64,000 nt of DNA from Nitrospirota bacterium (lineage in GTDB: Bacteria; Nitrospirota; Nitrospiria; Nitrospirales; NS-4): assembly GCA_963788195.1 (NCBI GenBank), contig CAWBGA010000001.1:224001-288000 (forward strand), read 5' to 3'. The notes under the pieces were generated by a model that saw nothing but the letters and a program-made list of their open reading frames with translations, had not been told where the DNA came from and made no database searches. The first letter of the stretch is position 1. Every line of letters begins with the position of its first letter. Position numbers and translations under genes: made by a program. This document shows, piece after piece, positions 40,682 through 52,271 of the stretch.

Positions 40682-42841
40682 ATGAAGCCTCCCACACGCG
40701 TCTACCTGGCCGGCGGCGATAGCGCCGGCTGGGCGTTGGACGAAGAGTTAAAAATGGTGCGGGAGAATTTGGCCACACTTCCCGGGTTGGTCGAATTCTC
40801 ACGGCTGGACAACTGTGACGTGGTGCATTGCCTGAATCCTCTCATGCTAAGAGAGTTGAATCCGGCCGCTCTGGTTGGAAAGAGGATCTTGTGCCATGTT
40901 CCGGGCGATCCGTTATGGTTCGTTCAGCAACCGGAGTTTATTCAGCTTTCTTCAGTCATCGGTCTCTGGATCGCGCAATCAACCAAAGCGCAGAGCGCGC
41001 TCGCGGCCTTGGGTTTGTCCTGCCGAGATGATCTCCTATGCGCTCGATACCCGAATATTTGACGGCCAGCTTCCTGACGGGAGACCGTCGACCTCGCTTC
41101 GCGAGCGCTGGGGTATTCCCGTCGACAAGTATGTCATTGGGAATTTCATGCGTGACAGCCTTGGAGAAGACATATCACTGCCCAAGCCCCAGAAAGGCCC
41201 CGATGTCTTCTTAGCGGTCATGCAGCTGCTACAGACGAAGCATTTGCCATTTCATGTCCTTTTGGCCGGCCCTCGACGGCATTGGCTCCGCGCGCGGCTC
41301 AAGGCTGATGGGATTCCGTTTACTTTTGTGGGGAAGGAAACGGTCAGATGATGATTATCCTGCGAATATTCTCGACCGCTCTACATTAAATCTTTTATAC
41401 CACGCGGCGGACCTGCATCTTGTGTCCAGCCGATCCGAAGGGGGCCCCTTCGCGATCTTAGAGGCGGCCGGCGCACGAAGTAAAGTGCTGAGCACCCCGG
41501 TGGGCTTGGCTGCGGATGTGCTTGAACCCTACTGTCTGTACCAGACGTTCGACGAAGCCGCGAGGCTGATCGAGCGCGATATGCAAGATGGTTTCTTGTC
41601 CAACGCCGTTGAGGTTCATTACGAACGTGTGCTCAGGAACCACTCCGGCAACGCCAATGCCCTTCGCTTCAAACGGCTGTATGAAAGAATCGACCAGGTG
41701 GAGGTCTACCAACCCCGGGCCGTGTCTACGCCAGTGGTCTATCAGAAACCGTTCCTCCAGCAGGTCAGGCCGAAGGTCCTCAGCATTATTCGCCGTTCCC
41801 CGCGCTTGGTGAACCTTCTGAAGCGCGCAAGCCGAAAGGTATCGCGCCCGGATGCGTCGCGGCGTGAAGGCCGCGGCATCAGCGTGAGCCTATGGCATGA
41901 ATTCCGGAAGCCGCCGTATGGAGGCGGCAACCAATTCATGCTCGCCCTTCGCGGAGCCTTTCAGAAGATGGGTGTGATCGTCTATGAAAACCGCATGGCG
42001 GACGACGTGGACGTCCATATTTGTCACTCAGTGTGGTTCAATGCCAAACGATTTCTCTCGGTTGCTCGCGCAGGCCGCTTGCGCATGCTTCATCGTATCG
42101 ATGGCCCCATCTCATTGGTTCGCGGCTCGGGCCGGGAGGTGGACGATCAAGTGTTTGAGTTGAATGCGCAGCTTGCCACTGCGACCATCATTCAGTCCGG
42201 GTTGGTGTTTCCGGCGCTTGCTCGAGATGGGTTTTAAACCAGTCAGGCCGATGATCATTACGAATGGCGTGGATGGAGGGATCTTCCATTCCCAGGGCCG
42301 TGAGCCGTTTGATCCCACGCGGAAGATCAGACTAATCAGTGCTTCGTGGTCGGATAATCCCCGGAAGGGCGGCCCTGTCTATAAATGGCTGGACGAGCAC
42401 TTGGATTGGAACCGCTTCGAGTACACGTTTGTCGGACAGACGCAAGAACGCTTTACACGGATCAAGCACGTGCCTGCGGTACCTTCGGAACAGCTGGCTG
42501 ATCTCTTGCGCCAGCATGATATCTACATTACTGCAAGCGAAAGAGACCCCTGCTCAAACTCATTGGTGGAAGCCTTGGCGTGCCGCCTTCCTGCGGTGTA
42601 CCTCAACGATGGAGGGCATCCGGAGATTGTAGGATTAGGGGGCCTGCCGTTTGAGAAGCGCGAAGAGATTCCAGGGCAGCTGGAACGGCTCATCACCCAC
42701 TACCATCAGTTCCAAAGCGTGATCTCTATCCAGACGATCGAGGAGATCGCCAAGACGTATTTGAATGTGATCAAGCAGATGTTAGAGATCATCTCCACAC
42801 CACAACAGGCACTGAAGTCGATTAGCAATCACCTGCAATGA
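40682..42841 (+). CDS. Two-domain GT4-like glycosyltransferase; +1 frameshifts near 41020, 41345 and 42200
   Basis: Four consecutive ORF pieces; first domain QKGPD..SRSEGGPFAILEA; second domain PYGGGNQF..RIDGP..DPCSNSLVEALAC..GGHPE. Confidence 0.8.
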
Positions 42842-43983
42842 CCGTTCGGGACTGGATTAAAAGCCTTATTCCGGCTGTCTTGAGATTGCCGCTTGACCGC
42901 GTCCTGCGGCCGCTGTCTGGCTTTCCCCGCAGTGTACTCATCCTGCTTATGAAACCCGTGAAGGACGGGAAGCCGCACGTATTTTATGGCTACGACCATA
43001 TCCCGGGAGACGGCGAACATGCCCATGGTGGAATCGTCAAGACACAACTCATGCAAGGGACTTTTCCTAACTCTCCTCGGCAGTTCAATATTCTTTACCT
43101 GGTAAGTAGCCGCATCCCCTATGGCGCAGTACAGATTGCTGCGGCGGCCGGGATGAAGGGGGCGCATCTCGTATGGAACCAGAACGGAGTCGCGTATCCT
43201 GCGTGGCATGGGCCGGGCTGGGAAGCCGTGAACGCTCCCCTGGCAAAGCTTCTTCACGTCGCCGCGTATGTCTTCTATCAAAGTGAATTCTGCAGGCTCA
43301 GCGCCGATCGCTACCTGGGCATCCGCAAAGGCCCGTGGGAGATTTTGTACAACCCTGTGGATACTCGGGTCTTCGTCCCTGGCTCCTCGGAATCCCCAGC
43401 GGGTGGTCTCGTCATGCTGTTGGCGGGAAACCAAGACCAGTCCTATCGCCTTTTAACCGCGCTGGAAGTGTTGTCGGAAGTGGTGCGTCTCGGTAAGGAT
43501 GCGACGCTCCTCGTCACGGGACGACTCCGTTGGATGCCCGACCAGGCTGAGGCCGGTCGGACAGCCCGTCAATGGGCGACGGAACGAGGCGTGCTCGATC
43601 GCGTGATTTTTCTCGGGCCGTATAGCCAGAGGGAAGCGCCGGGCATTTTTCGGCGGGCCCACCTGTTACTGCACACCAAGTACAATGACCCATGCCCCGG
43701 CGTCGTGATTGAAGCCATGGCGTGTGGTCTTCCTATCGTGTATTCAGAAAGCGGTGGTGTGCCTGAGCTTGTTGGGAAAGATGCCGGGATAGGCATTTCC
43801 GTTGAACGCGGCTGGGAGAGAGACATCCCCCCGGACCCGAAAGCCATGGCGGCAGCCGTCATAAAGGTGGCGGATCGCCGAAAACAATACTCCGACGCCG
43901 CCCGCCAGAGAGCGGAGGAGACGTTCGATGTTCGGCCTTGGTTGCGGCGCCATCAAGCAGTGTTCGAGAATGTAGTGAAATGA
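42838..43983 (+). CDS. Glycosyltransferase family 4
   Basis: NQNGVAY, YQSEF, DPCPGVVIEAMACGLP, SGGVPELV. Confidence 0.9.
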   Translation: MTVRDWIKSLIPAVLRLPLDRVLRPLSGFPRSVLILLMKPVKDGKPHVFYGYDHIPGDGEHAHGGIVKTQLMQGTFPNSPRQFNILYLVSSRIPYGAVQIAAAAGMKGAHLVWNQNGVAYPAWHGPGWEAVNAPLAKLLHVAAYVFYQSEFCRLSADRYLGIRKGPWEILYNPVDTRVFVPGSSESPAGGLVMLLAGNQDQSYRLLTALEVLSEVVRLGKDATLLVTGRLRWMPDQAEAGRTARQWATERGVLDRVIFLGPYSQREAPGIFRRAHLLLHTKYNDPCPGVVIEAMACGLPIVYSESGGVPELVGKDAGIGISVERGWERDIPPDPKAMAAAVIKVADRRKQYSDAARQRAEETFDVRPWLRRHQAVFENVVK

Positions 43984-44630
43984 AACGGCTCACTCGAATG
44001 GCCATGCGCCTCCTGTTGAGAGCGGATGATTTTCTCACGAAATGCATCAATCGGCTGGCGATCGAGTACGACGGCGGCGTGCACGTCAAGCACCGCCTCA
44101 TGCAGTATCACGACTTTTTCGTGGAGCGAATCTCCTCCGGGGAGCGCGTGCTGGACATCGGTTGCGGGTACGGCGCGGTGGCCTATTCCGTGGCCTCCCG
44201 GACCGGTGCCATGGTGACCGGGATCGATCTGCGTGCCGAGAATATTGCGAAAGCACGGCAGCTCTTTCAGCATCCGAACCTGGTCTTCCGGCAAGGAGAC
44301 GTCCTCAAGGACCTGCCGACGGAAAAGTTCGATGTGATCATGTTGTCCAACATTCTCGAGCATATCGAGCATCGAGTGGAATTTCTCGGCACCGTCCATG
44401 AACGACTCTCCCCCACACGCTGCCTGATCCGGGTGCCGATGTTCGACCGGGAATGGAAAGTGCCGTTGAGAAAAGAGCTGGGAATGCCGTATTTCAGCGA
44501 TCGGACGCACTATACTGAGTACACCCAGGGAAGCTTTGAAAAAGAGATCCGCGCCGCCGGCCTGTGCCTCACCCATGTGCAAATCAATTGGGGAGAGATC
44601 TGGGCCGAAGCCCGTCCGGTCCGCGCGTGA
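43980..44630 (+). CDS. Class I SAM-dependent methyltransferase
   Basis: VLDIGCGYG, FDVIMLSNILEHI, THYTEY. Confidence 0.9.
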   Translation: MKRLTRMAMRLLLRADDFLTKCINRLAIEYDGGVHVKHRLMQYHDFFVERISSGERVLDIGCGYGAVAYSVASRTGAMVTGIDLRAENIAKARQLFQHPNLVFRQGDVLKDLPTEKFDVIMLSNILEHIEHRVEFLGTVHERLSPTRCLIRVPMFDREWKVPLRKELGMPYFSDRTHYTEYTQGSFEKEIRAAGLCLTHVQINWGEIWAEARPVRA

Positions 44631-45682
44631 ACCCGTCTAATGGCATGTTGCCCACGCCGATGGTTACGGTTCTCATGCCGGTATATAACGCGGGTCGCTA
44701 TCTCGGCCCTGCCATTGAAAGCATTCTTCAGCAAACGTTCCGGGATTTTGAACTGTTAATTGTCAATGATGCGTCGACGGACGGTTGCGAGGAGATCCTG
44801 AGGTCATTTTCCGACAACCGAATCAGGGTCCTGGAGAACAAGAACAATCTTGGCTTGGCAAACAGTTTAAACCGCGGGCTTCAGGTCGCCGCAGGGGAAT
44901 TCATTGCGCGCCAGGACGCTGATGATCTGTCCCATCCGAAGCGGCTGGAGAGCCAAGTTCAATTTCTGAGGGCTCACCCGGACATCGCGCTGGTAGGTAC
45001 GCAGGCGATTATTATTGATGAGTCCGGGCGCTACAAGAGAGTTCTTCTCGATCGGCCGCATGAGCATATCGCTATTAAATGGGATCTCCTTTTCGATAAT
45101 AGTTTTGTGCATACCTCAGTGATGTTTCGAAAAACTATCGTGAGGGACAACTTAGGTGGTTATGACCCGTCGTATGCCGCGTGCGAGGATTACGAACTGT
45201 GGTCCAGGGTTGCCGAAGTATGCCATGTCGCAAACCTCTCACACCATTTGGTATCACATCGCATGCATTCTTCTTCCAAGCGCGAAGGCACACAGCATTC
45301 CGTTAAAATGCAAGATCTCACGAAGGTGGTAAAAAGAAATGCCGAAGCGATGTTTGGAAAGGGATTCTTATCCGAGAACGAGAGTCTTTTGCTTGCCGAG
45401 TTCAGTTCCGGCTATCGCGATCGGTCATCGCACGGCAAATTTGTAAGATTGTTCGATCGTGTGCTCGCCGAGTACCTTCGCATTGTGCCCGTGGCCGCCG
45501 CGTCACGAGACTTTAAGCAGACGGCGAGACGAATCTATTTTAAACTCTTTTATAACGCATGGAAGAAGAAGGTCTTCCCGCCGGCGTTGTGCTTTTTGCG
45601 GCAACCGGGATGGATAAGGATAGCCTCCTCACTCCTCTGCTCTCATTTCATCCGAAGCGTTTCCCGGCAGGTCAGCGTGTGA
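44627..45682 (+). CDS. Glycosyltransferase family 2
   Basis: VTVLMPVYN, VNDASTD, ARQDADD, HTSVMFR, EDYELW. Confidence 0.93.
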   Translation: MNPSNGMLPTPMVTVLMPVYNAGRYLGPAIESILQQTFRDFELLIVNDASTDGCEEILRSFSDNRIRVLENKNNLGLANSLNRGLQVAAGEFIARQDADDLSHPKRLESQVQFLRAHPDIALVGTQAIIIDESGRYKRVLLDRPHEHIAIKWDLLFDNSFVHTSVMFRKTIVRDNLGGYDPSYAACEDYELWSRVAEVCHVANLSHHLVSHRMHSSSKREGTQHSVKMQDLTKVVKRNAEAMFGKGFLSENESLLLAEFSSGYRDRSSHGKFVRLFDRVLAEYLRIVPVAAASRDFKQTARRIYFKLFYNAWKKKVFPPALCFLRQPGWIRIASSLLCSHFIRSVSRQVSV

Positions 45683-46992
45683 TTATCGTGAATCACATCA
45701 AATCCTGGCTCAAACATGTTCTTTTACTGCTGGTCATTTTGTTCGCGCTGGATGCCGTTATCGTGGCATTTTTTCGGGGTTTCAGGCTCGAAATTGCCGA
45801 TCATGTCATCCGCTCAGCCACGATCGAGTTTCCCGTCGTAGGTTTCCTCATCGCCCTCGTATTGCTGCTTTTGGTTCAAGGCAAGTGGGAGGAAACATCG
45901 CCTGCTGATAGCATCCCTCGGCTTTTCCGCTGTATTGGGCGAGGGGTTGCTTCACGTCATCGACCATCCGTGGTCGAAGCCTGTTCTCAAGACCTGGCTG
46001 GAGCCGATTCCGCTCCTGGGATTCCGGTTGCCTCCTAATTTTGAGGGGCGGGGCATCGTGGATGAATATATCAAAACGAATTCGCAGGGATTGCGTGACG
46101 TTGAACACCCGTGGAAGAAAGAAGAGGGGTCGATACGGATTCTCGGACTGGGTGATTCGTTTACCTTCGGCTGGGGAGTCAAACTCGAGGAGTCGTATCT
46201 TAAAGCAACTCGAGAGGCGCCTTGCTCAGGAAACAGGTCGGAAGGCGGAGGCGATCAATGCGGGGGTGCCCGGCTACGGCCTGAACCATTATTATATCTA
46301 CTTAAAGAATATCGGGATCAAGTATCAGCCGGACGTCATTGTCATCAGCTATTTTGTGGATGACCTGCCGATGTTTCTGAAAGAAGAGCTTGCACCCTAT
46401 GAAGAGGATTTCCCGGACAGGCTGCAATACAAAGGGGGGCTCTTGCACCGATCACGATTCTATAACTTTATCACCTCTGCTGCCGCGGTCATCCGGGTCC
46501 GCAATCACGCGACCGCAGTCGACCATATGAGAATTATGGAAGTCCGAAGAGCGGCCTGGGCCAGATACGACCACCCGCTAATTAACGAGGGGTCCGATGA
46601 GAAAATCGCTTTGCTCAAGGAATATTTGACGCGATTCAAAGCGCTGGCGGATGGTGTTCACGCCCGCCTGGTCATCATGTTCATTCCCGACATCTCTCAC
46701 CTCTATCATCCTGAATATCAGCATATTAATCGTGTCTTGAAGCGATTGACGACCCAATACGACATTCCCTTCGTCGATATGACCCCGATCTTTGAATCGT
46801 CGAATGACCTTTCGACGTACTACCTCTTCCCGAAAGACGCCCATACGAATGTCAAAGGGCACCAGGCAATGGCCTACTGCGCTCACAGACCTGATTTGCA
46901 AAGATGCCTTGTCCCATGTCTCTTGCGGAAGAGACGGCCTCGGCCGTGCTGTTCGGGGCTCCGCAAGGTCGGAAACGGCCGTTCACAATTGA
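45679..46992 (+). CDS. Multi-TM SGNH/GDSL-family protein; +1 frameshifts near 45900, 46200 and probably 46875
   Basis: About 3 TM helices, TNSQGLRD, LGDSFTFGWGV, INAGVPGYG, DAHTNVKGH. Confidence 0.8.
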
Positions 46993-47002
46993 TCACGACC
47001 AT

Positions 47003-48962
47003 ATGTGCGGCATTGTAGGGATTTTTCAAACAAGCCCTCTGGTCTCGCGGGACGCGGGAGACGCTTCTCGCGATGACGGAGCGTCTTCGTCACCGCGGTC
47101 CCGATGATAGCGATGTATGGCTGCATGAGGAGGCGGGCATTGGCTTAGGCCATCGCCGGCTCTCAATCCTTGATCTCTCTGCAGCAGGTCATCAGCCCAT
47201 GCATTCGGCATGCGGCCGTTACGTGGTGACCTATAACGGCGAAATTTATAATTTTCGATCTTTGCGTCAGCAACTCGAGGGGCTCGGGCAGAAATTCCGA
47301 GGGCATTCGGACACGGAGGTTCTCTTGGCCGCCGTGAGCCAATGGGGTCTTCAGAAAGCGCTTGTTTCCTTTAACGGCATGTTCGCGTTTGCCTTATGGG
47401 ACCGTGAGACTCACACCCTTCATCTCTGCCGTGACCGAATCGGGGAGAAGCCCTTGTACTATGGCTGGATGGGCAAGACCTTCCTCTTCGCGTCGGAACT
47501 GAAAGCATTACTGGCTCATCCTGCATGTAAGAAAGAGGTCGACCGCAATGCGTTGGCTCTTTACCTGCGGCATAGCTATGTCCCCACGCCATATTCCATT
47601 TATAAAGGAATCTTGAAACTTGCAGCCGGTACGATGCTGACGATCGGTGCGAGAAGTGTGGACACGGAAGCCAGCGCGCCGGCGCCGGTGGCCTACTGGT
47701 CTGCCAGAGAGGCAGCAGAGCAAGGTGTGCGTGAAGGTTTTACCGGTTCGGAAAATGAGGCGACTGCACACCTGGAATCCCTGCTGCGCGACGCAGTCGG
47801 CCTACGGATGGTCGCCGATGTGCCGCTGGGGGCTTTTCTCTCCGGCGGGATTGATTCCTCCACCATTGTCGCTTTGATGCAGGCTCAAAGCAGGCGTCCG
47901 GTCAAGACATTCACGATCGGCTTTCATGAAGGCGTCTATGACGAGGCTCGTTATGCCGGCGCTGTGGCGAAGCACCTGGGGACAGAGCACACCGAACTGT
48001 ATGTGACTCCGGCTCAAGCGCAAGGCGTGATTCCCCGGCTGCCGAGCCTGTACGACGAGCCGTTTTCGGATTCCTCGCAAATCCCGACCTTCCTGATTTC
48101 AGAGTTGGCACGAAGGCACGTGACTGTGGCGTTGTCGGGCGATGGCGGAGACGAGCTTTTTGCCGGGTACAACCGTTATTTCTGGGCCCAGGACATATGG
48201 GACGGCATGGGGTGGATGCCACGGCGGGTGCGGACCGGTGCGGCTTGGGCCCTCACCAGTGTGGCCGCCGACACATGGAGTCGGCGACTCAAGGCGGTGC
48301 GGAGGATCCTGCCCCCGGTGCTTCGCGTGCAGCACCCTGGCGAGAAGCTGTACAAACTTGCGGAACTACTCGCTGTCGGGGATGAGGGTGCTCTATATCG
48401 CAGCTTGGTGTCCCATTGGAAGGCGCCGGCTTCGGTGGTGTTAGGCGCATCGGAACCGGTGACGGTCCTCACGGATCGCAGTCATTGGGCTAGCGTGGGG
48501 GACTTCCGGCAGCAAATGATGTTTCTGGATACAGTGACATACTTGCCGGACGATATCCTCGTCAAAGTGGATCGGGCGAGCATGGCAGTCAGTCTGGAAG
48601 CGCGTGTGCCGCTGCTGGATCATCGGGTGGTTGAGTTTGCATGGCGGCTGCCGCTTTCCATGAAGATCCGTAATAGACAGGGCAAGCAGGCGCTGCGCCG
48701 GGTGCTCGGAAAATATTTGCCGCTGGCATTGGTGGATCGCCCCAAGATGGGCTTTGGGGTGCCGATTGACTCCTGGCTTCGCGGGCCGCTTCGCGATTGG
48801 GGGGAGGATCTGCTGGACGAGCGGCGCCTTGAGAAGGACGGGTTTCTCTCCCCCGGCCCGGTTCGAGAAAAATGGACACAGCACCTCTCCGGCCGGTTCA
48901 ACTGGCAGTATCATCTCTGGGATGTCTTGATGTTTCAAGCTTGGTTGAAAGAGCACGCGTAA
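47003..48962 (+). CDS. asnB: Asparagine-synthase-like glutamine amidotransferase (second copy); +1 frameshift near 47050
   Basis: MCGIVG at 47003, HRGPDD, YNGEIYN, SGGIDSS, SGDGGDE, KVDRASMAVSLEARVPLLD. Confidence 0.92.
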
Positions 48963-48978
48963 ATCCGAGACAAGGAAG

Positions 48979-49050
48979 GGGGACAGGCTACTTTTCCGAA
49001 TCGTTCAGCGTTTACCGCGCGCGTCATGGACGGAAAAGTTGCCTGTCCCC
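48979..49050. repeat. REP-like intergenic inverted repeat: 20-bp arms, 1 mismatch, 32-nt spacer
   Basis: GGGGACAGGCTACTTTTCCG (48979-48998) and CGGAAAAGTTGCCTGTCCCC (49031-49050). Confidence 0.85.
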
Positions 49051-49065
49051 GTTTAGAGGGTAAGA

Positions 49066-50227
49066 ATGACTCCGGCGCCTAACGCTGTTCGGCCGCGCCT
49101 GCTCTTTCTCATAACTGAAGACTGGTATTTTTGGTCACATCGCCTGGAGTTGGCGCGGGCTGCACGGTCCGCAGGCTGGGATGTCTCGGTCGCTACCCGC
49201 GTGCACGATCACGGTAAGCGGATCGAGGACGAAGGGTTCGAACTGCTTCCTCTCAGGCTGGTGAGAAGCAGCCGGCATCCGTTACGCGAGATCTTCAGCA
49301 TTCTAGAGCTCGTCCGCTTGTATCGACGGGTGCGTCCCGATGTCGTCCATCATGTCGCACTCAAGCCGATCTTATACGGATCTGTGGCGGCCCGCTTGGC
49401 CCGGGTGCCTGCGGCCGTGAATGGATTCGCCGGCTTGGGTTATACGTTTATCGAGTCCGGCGAGCGCAAAGGACGTGTTGCGGTTTATCATGGGGAAGGC
49501 TCTGCGCTGGGCGCTAGCCCTCCCGCACTCGCGAGTGGTTTTTCAGAATGCAGAAGATGCCGGTGAATTGGTAGAGGCCGGAATCGTCGGATCTGACCAG
49601 ATCCAAGTCATTCGCGGGGTTGGTGTGGATACGGTTAAGTTTTCGCCACCGCTGGAGACCCAAGACGAGAATCAGGTCCCTGTGGTGGTGCTTGCGGGCC
49701 GGATGCTATGGGACAAGGGAATTGGCGAATTCGTCGAGGCGGCGCGGCTTTTAAAACTCAGGGGCAGCCGGGTGCAGTGCGTACTTGTGGGAATGGTAGA
49801 CAAGGAAAACCCGGCCGCCATCCCTGAAACGCAACTTCGGGCTTGGCAGAGCGAGGGCATGGTTCAGTGGTGGGGCCATCGAGAAGACATGCCGAATGTT
49901 CTGGCTTCGGCGCAGATTGTGGTTCTCCCTTCGTACCGGGAAGGACTTCCGAAGGTGTTGCTGGAAGCGGCCGCATGCGCGAGACCCGTGGTCGCCACCA
50001 ATGTGGCGGGCTGCCGTGAGATCGTGAAGGACGGCATCAATGGGTTTCTGGTACCGCCAAAGGACCCTGCCTCGTTAAGCGAGGCGATCGCCAAGTTGTT
50101 AGAAAATCCCAGCTTGCGAATCCGGATGGGGATACGTGGCCGTGAGATCGTCGAGAAGGAATTCTCAGTGGATCGGATCTCGCAAGAGACCCTGAATCTG
50201 TACAACGAGCTTTGGAAACGGCTTTGA
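49066..50227 (+). CDS. Glycosyltransferase family 4 (CapM-like); +1 frameshift near 49475
   Basis: TEDWYFWSHR, KPILYG, FQN, GRMLWDKGI, PSYREGLPKVLLEAAAC. Confidence 0.92.
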
Positions 50228-51210
50228 CGACCGCCTTGGTTACAGGCGCAACGGGGTTTATCGGGCAGCACCTCGTGCAGCGCTTGCTCCAAGAGAACTA
50301 CCAGGTTCGGGCCCTGGCTCGGCCATCGCCGCTTCAGCGAAATTGGCCTGCAAATGTGGACCTGATTGAGGGGGACATCCGTGATGCAGCAAAAATGAAG
50401 GAAGCTGCGGCCGGGGCCAATCTTGTCTTTCACCTGGCTGGTCGGACGCATGCCCTCTCCCAGTGGGGTGAAGACGACGCCGCCTACCGTCCGGTCAACG
50501 TGGAAGGAACTCGAAATGTTCTGGAAGGGGCACTGGCCGGAGGGGCGCAAGCGCTCGTGTTCTTCAGTACTGTGAAAGTTTTTGGAGACGAGACTGCAGA
50601 ATGTCGCGATGAAACCGCCCCTCCCTGTCCCAGCACGCCGTACGGCCGTTCCAAAGCCGAGGCGGAGGATTTAGTGAAGGACTATGCCAGGACAACAGGG
50701 TTACGAGGGATCTCGCTGCGGCTTCCGATGGTGTACGGACCGAACAACAAGGGAAACATCCAGCGGATGATCTGGGCGATCGACCATCATCTGTTTCCCC
50801 CTTTCCCGACATCCCGAATCGCCGAAGTCTCGTCCATGTCGCCAATGTCGTGCAGGCCGCGCTCCTAGCGGCTCTTCAGGCGCCGAAATCCCCATGCTAC
50901 ATCGTGACTGATCGTCGACCCTATTCGACCCGTGAACTCTATACTATGATCTGCCGCGCTCTCGGCCGGGGAATCCCACAATGGCAGATCCCGCTTCGTG
51001 CCTTGATCATGCTTGGAAAGCTCGGTGACCTTGTCGGGCGAACCACAAGGCGGCGGTTCGTAATTGATTCGGATTCACTGAGCAAGTTGATCGGCTCGGC
51101 CTGGTATAGCTCACAGAAGATTTCCCGGGAGCTAGGATACGACCCGGTGATCAACTTAGAGAGTGGTTTGCCGGAGTTGATCGCCGGATATCGATCTACA
51201 AAAGGATTAG
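50224..51210 (+). CDS. NAD-dependent epimerase/4-reductase (WbpV/WbpK-like); -1 frameshift near 50800; end inferred
   Basis: TGATGFIG, HLAG, YGRSK, RLPMVYGP..KGN, NRRSLVHV after the shift; as assembled it reads through into the next gene. Confidence 0.8.
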
Positions 51211-51218
51211 CAGAGACC

Positions 51219-52271
51219 TTGGAGATAGTGATCCTTGCAGCACTGGTGTTTCTGCTCGCTTATGGAATCACACGTCATCTCTGTTCTCCGGCCACGTGGC
51301 TCCGCTTATTGGACCATCCCAATGAGCGTTCCCTGCATGCAGCGCCCACGCCGCGGACCGGTGGTCTGGCTATTATAGGAAGTCTTGTGACGGGCTTCGT
51401 CGTCTCTCAGGCATTGTTTGGAGACGGCGCAGGATCGCATACCACCAGCGGGTGGCTTATCGCCGCGGCTCTGTTGATCGGCGCAGTCTCGTTCTGGGAC
51501 GACCGCGTCGGGCTTCCTCCCGGGCTTCGGTTTGGAGTACACAGTGCGGCGGCAGTCATCGTTGTGGTCGGGGCCGGCTTGACGGTGCCTGAGATTTCGT
51601 TTCCCCTACTCGGAAGCTGGTCGCTCGGCCAACTAGGTGCTCCTCTGGCGGTGCTGTTTCTGATGTGGATGACGAATTTGTACAATTTCATGGACGGCAT
51701 GGATGGATTTGCGGGCGGCATGACGGTGGTCGGGTTTGGATTTCTGGCCTACGTGGCGTATCGCGCGGGGCACTCGAGCTTGGCGACGCTGGCGTTGTTG
51801 GTAATCGCGGCGACGGCGGGGTTTCTTGTGTACAATATACCCCCGGCGCGCATTTTCATGGGCGATGTTGGCAGCGCCCCGCTGGGATTTCTGGCGGGTG
51901 CGTTGTCACTCCAAGGAGTTCAGGAGCAGGTCTTTGATATCTGGGTGCCTGTGCTTATCTTTTCGCCGTTCCTCGTGGATGCCACAACAACGCTCTTGCA
52001 GAGACTGCTACGAGGTGAAAAGGTCTGGCAGGCGCATCGGGAGCACTATTACCAGCGGCTGGTTCTATCGGGATGGAGCCATCGAAAGACCGTCTTGATC
52101 GAGTATTTGCTGATGGTCGCGTGCGGCGGAAGCGCACTGCTTTACATCCACGCCGGCGAGAGGGGACGGTTTGGTATCCTTGCCGCGTGGGCTCTTCTCT
52201 ACGTTACGCTGGCAAGAGGGGTCTCGAGGGTCGAATGGCAACAACGGGAGGGGACCAGGGGTGAGATCTGA
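51219..52271 (+). CDS. Polyprenyl-phosphate HexNAc-1-phosphate transferase (MraY/WecA family, WbpL-like)
   Basis: DHPNERSLH..PTPRTGG, DD, NLYNFMDGMDG, IFMGDVGS, AHREHYYQRL; start approximate. Confidence 0.9.
   Translation: MEIVILAALVFLLAYGITRHLCSPATWLRLLDHPNERSLHAAPTPRTGGLAIIGSLVTGFVVSQALFGDGAGSHTTSGWLIAAALLIGAVSFWDDRVGLPPGLRFGVHSAAAVIVVVGAGLTVPEISFPLLGSWSLGQLGAPLAVLFLMWMTNLYNFMDGMDGFAGGMTVVGFGFLAYVAYRAGHSSLATLALLVIAATAGFLVYNIPPARIFMGDVGSAPLGFLAGALSLQGVQEQVFDIWVPVLIFSPFLVDATTTLLQRLLRGEKVWQAHREHYYQRLVLSGWSHRKTVLIEYLLMVACGGSALLYIHAGERGRFGILAAWALLYVTLARGVSRVEWQQREGTRGEI

Noticed and set aside
50850..52271. Apparent in-frame fusion of the epimerase C-terminus to the WbpL/MraY-like transferase
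   Set aside because: Removing one A from the run near 51200 puts TAG (51208-51210) in frame. This fits the +1 error pattern of the window, so two genes are more likely than a real fusion.
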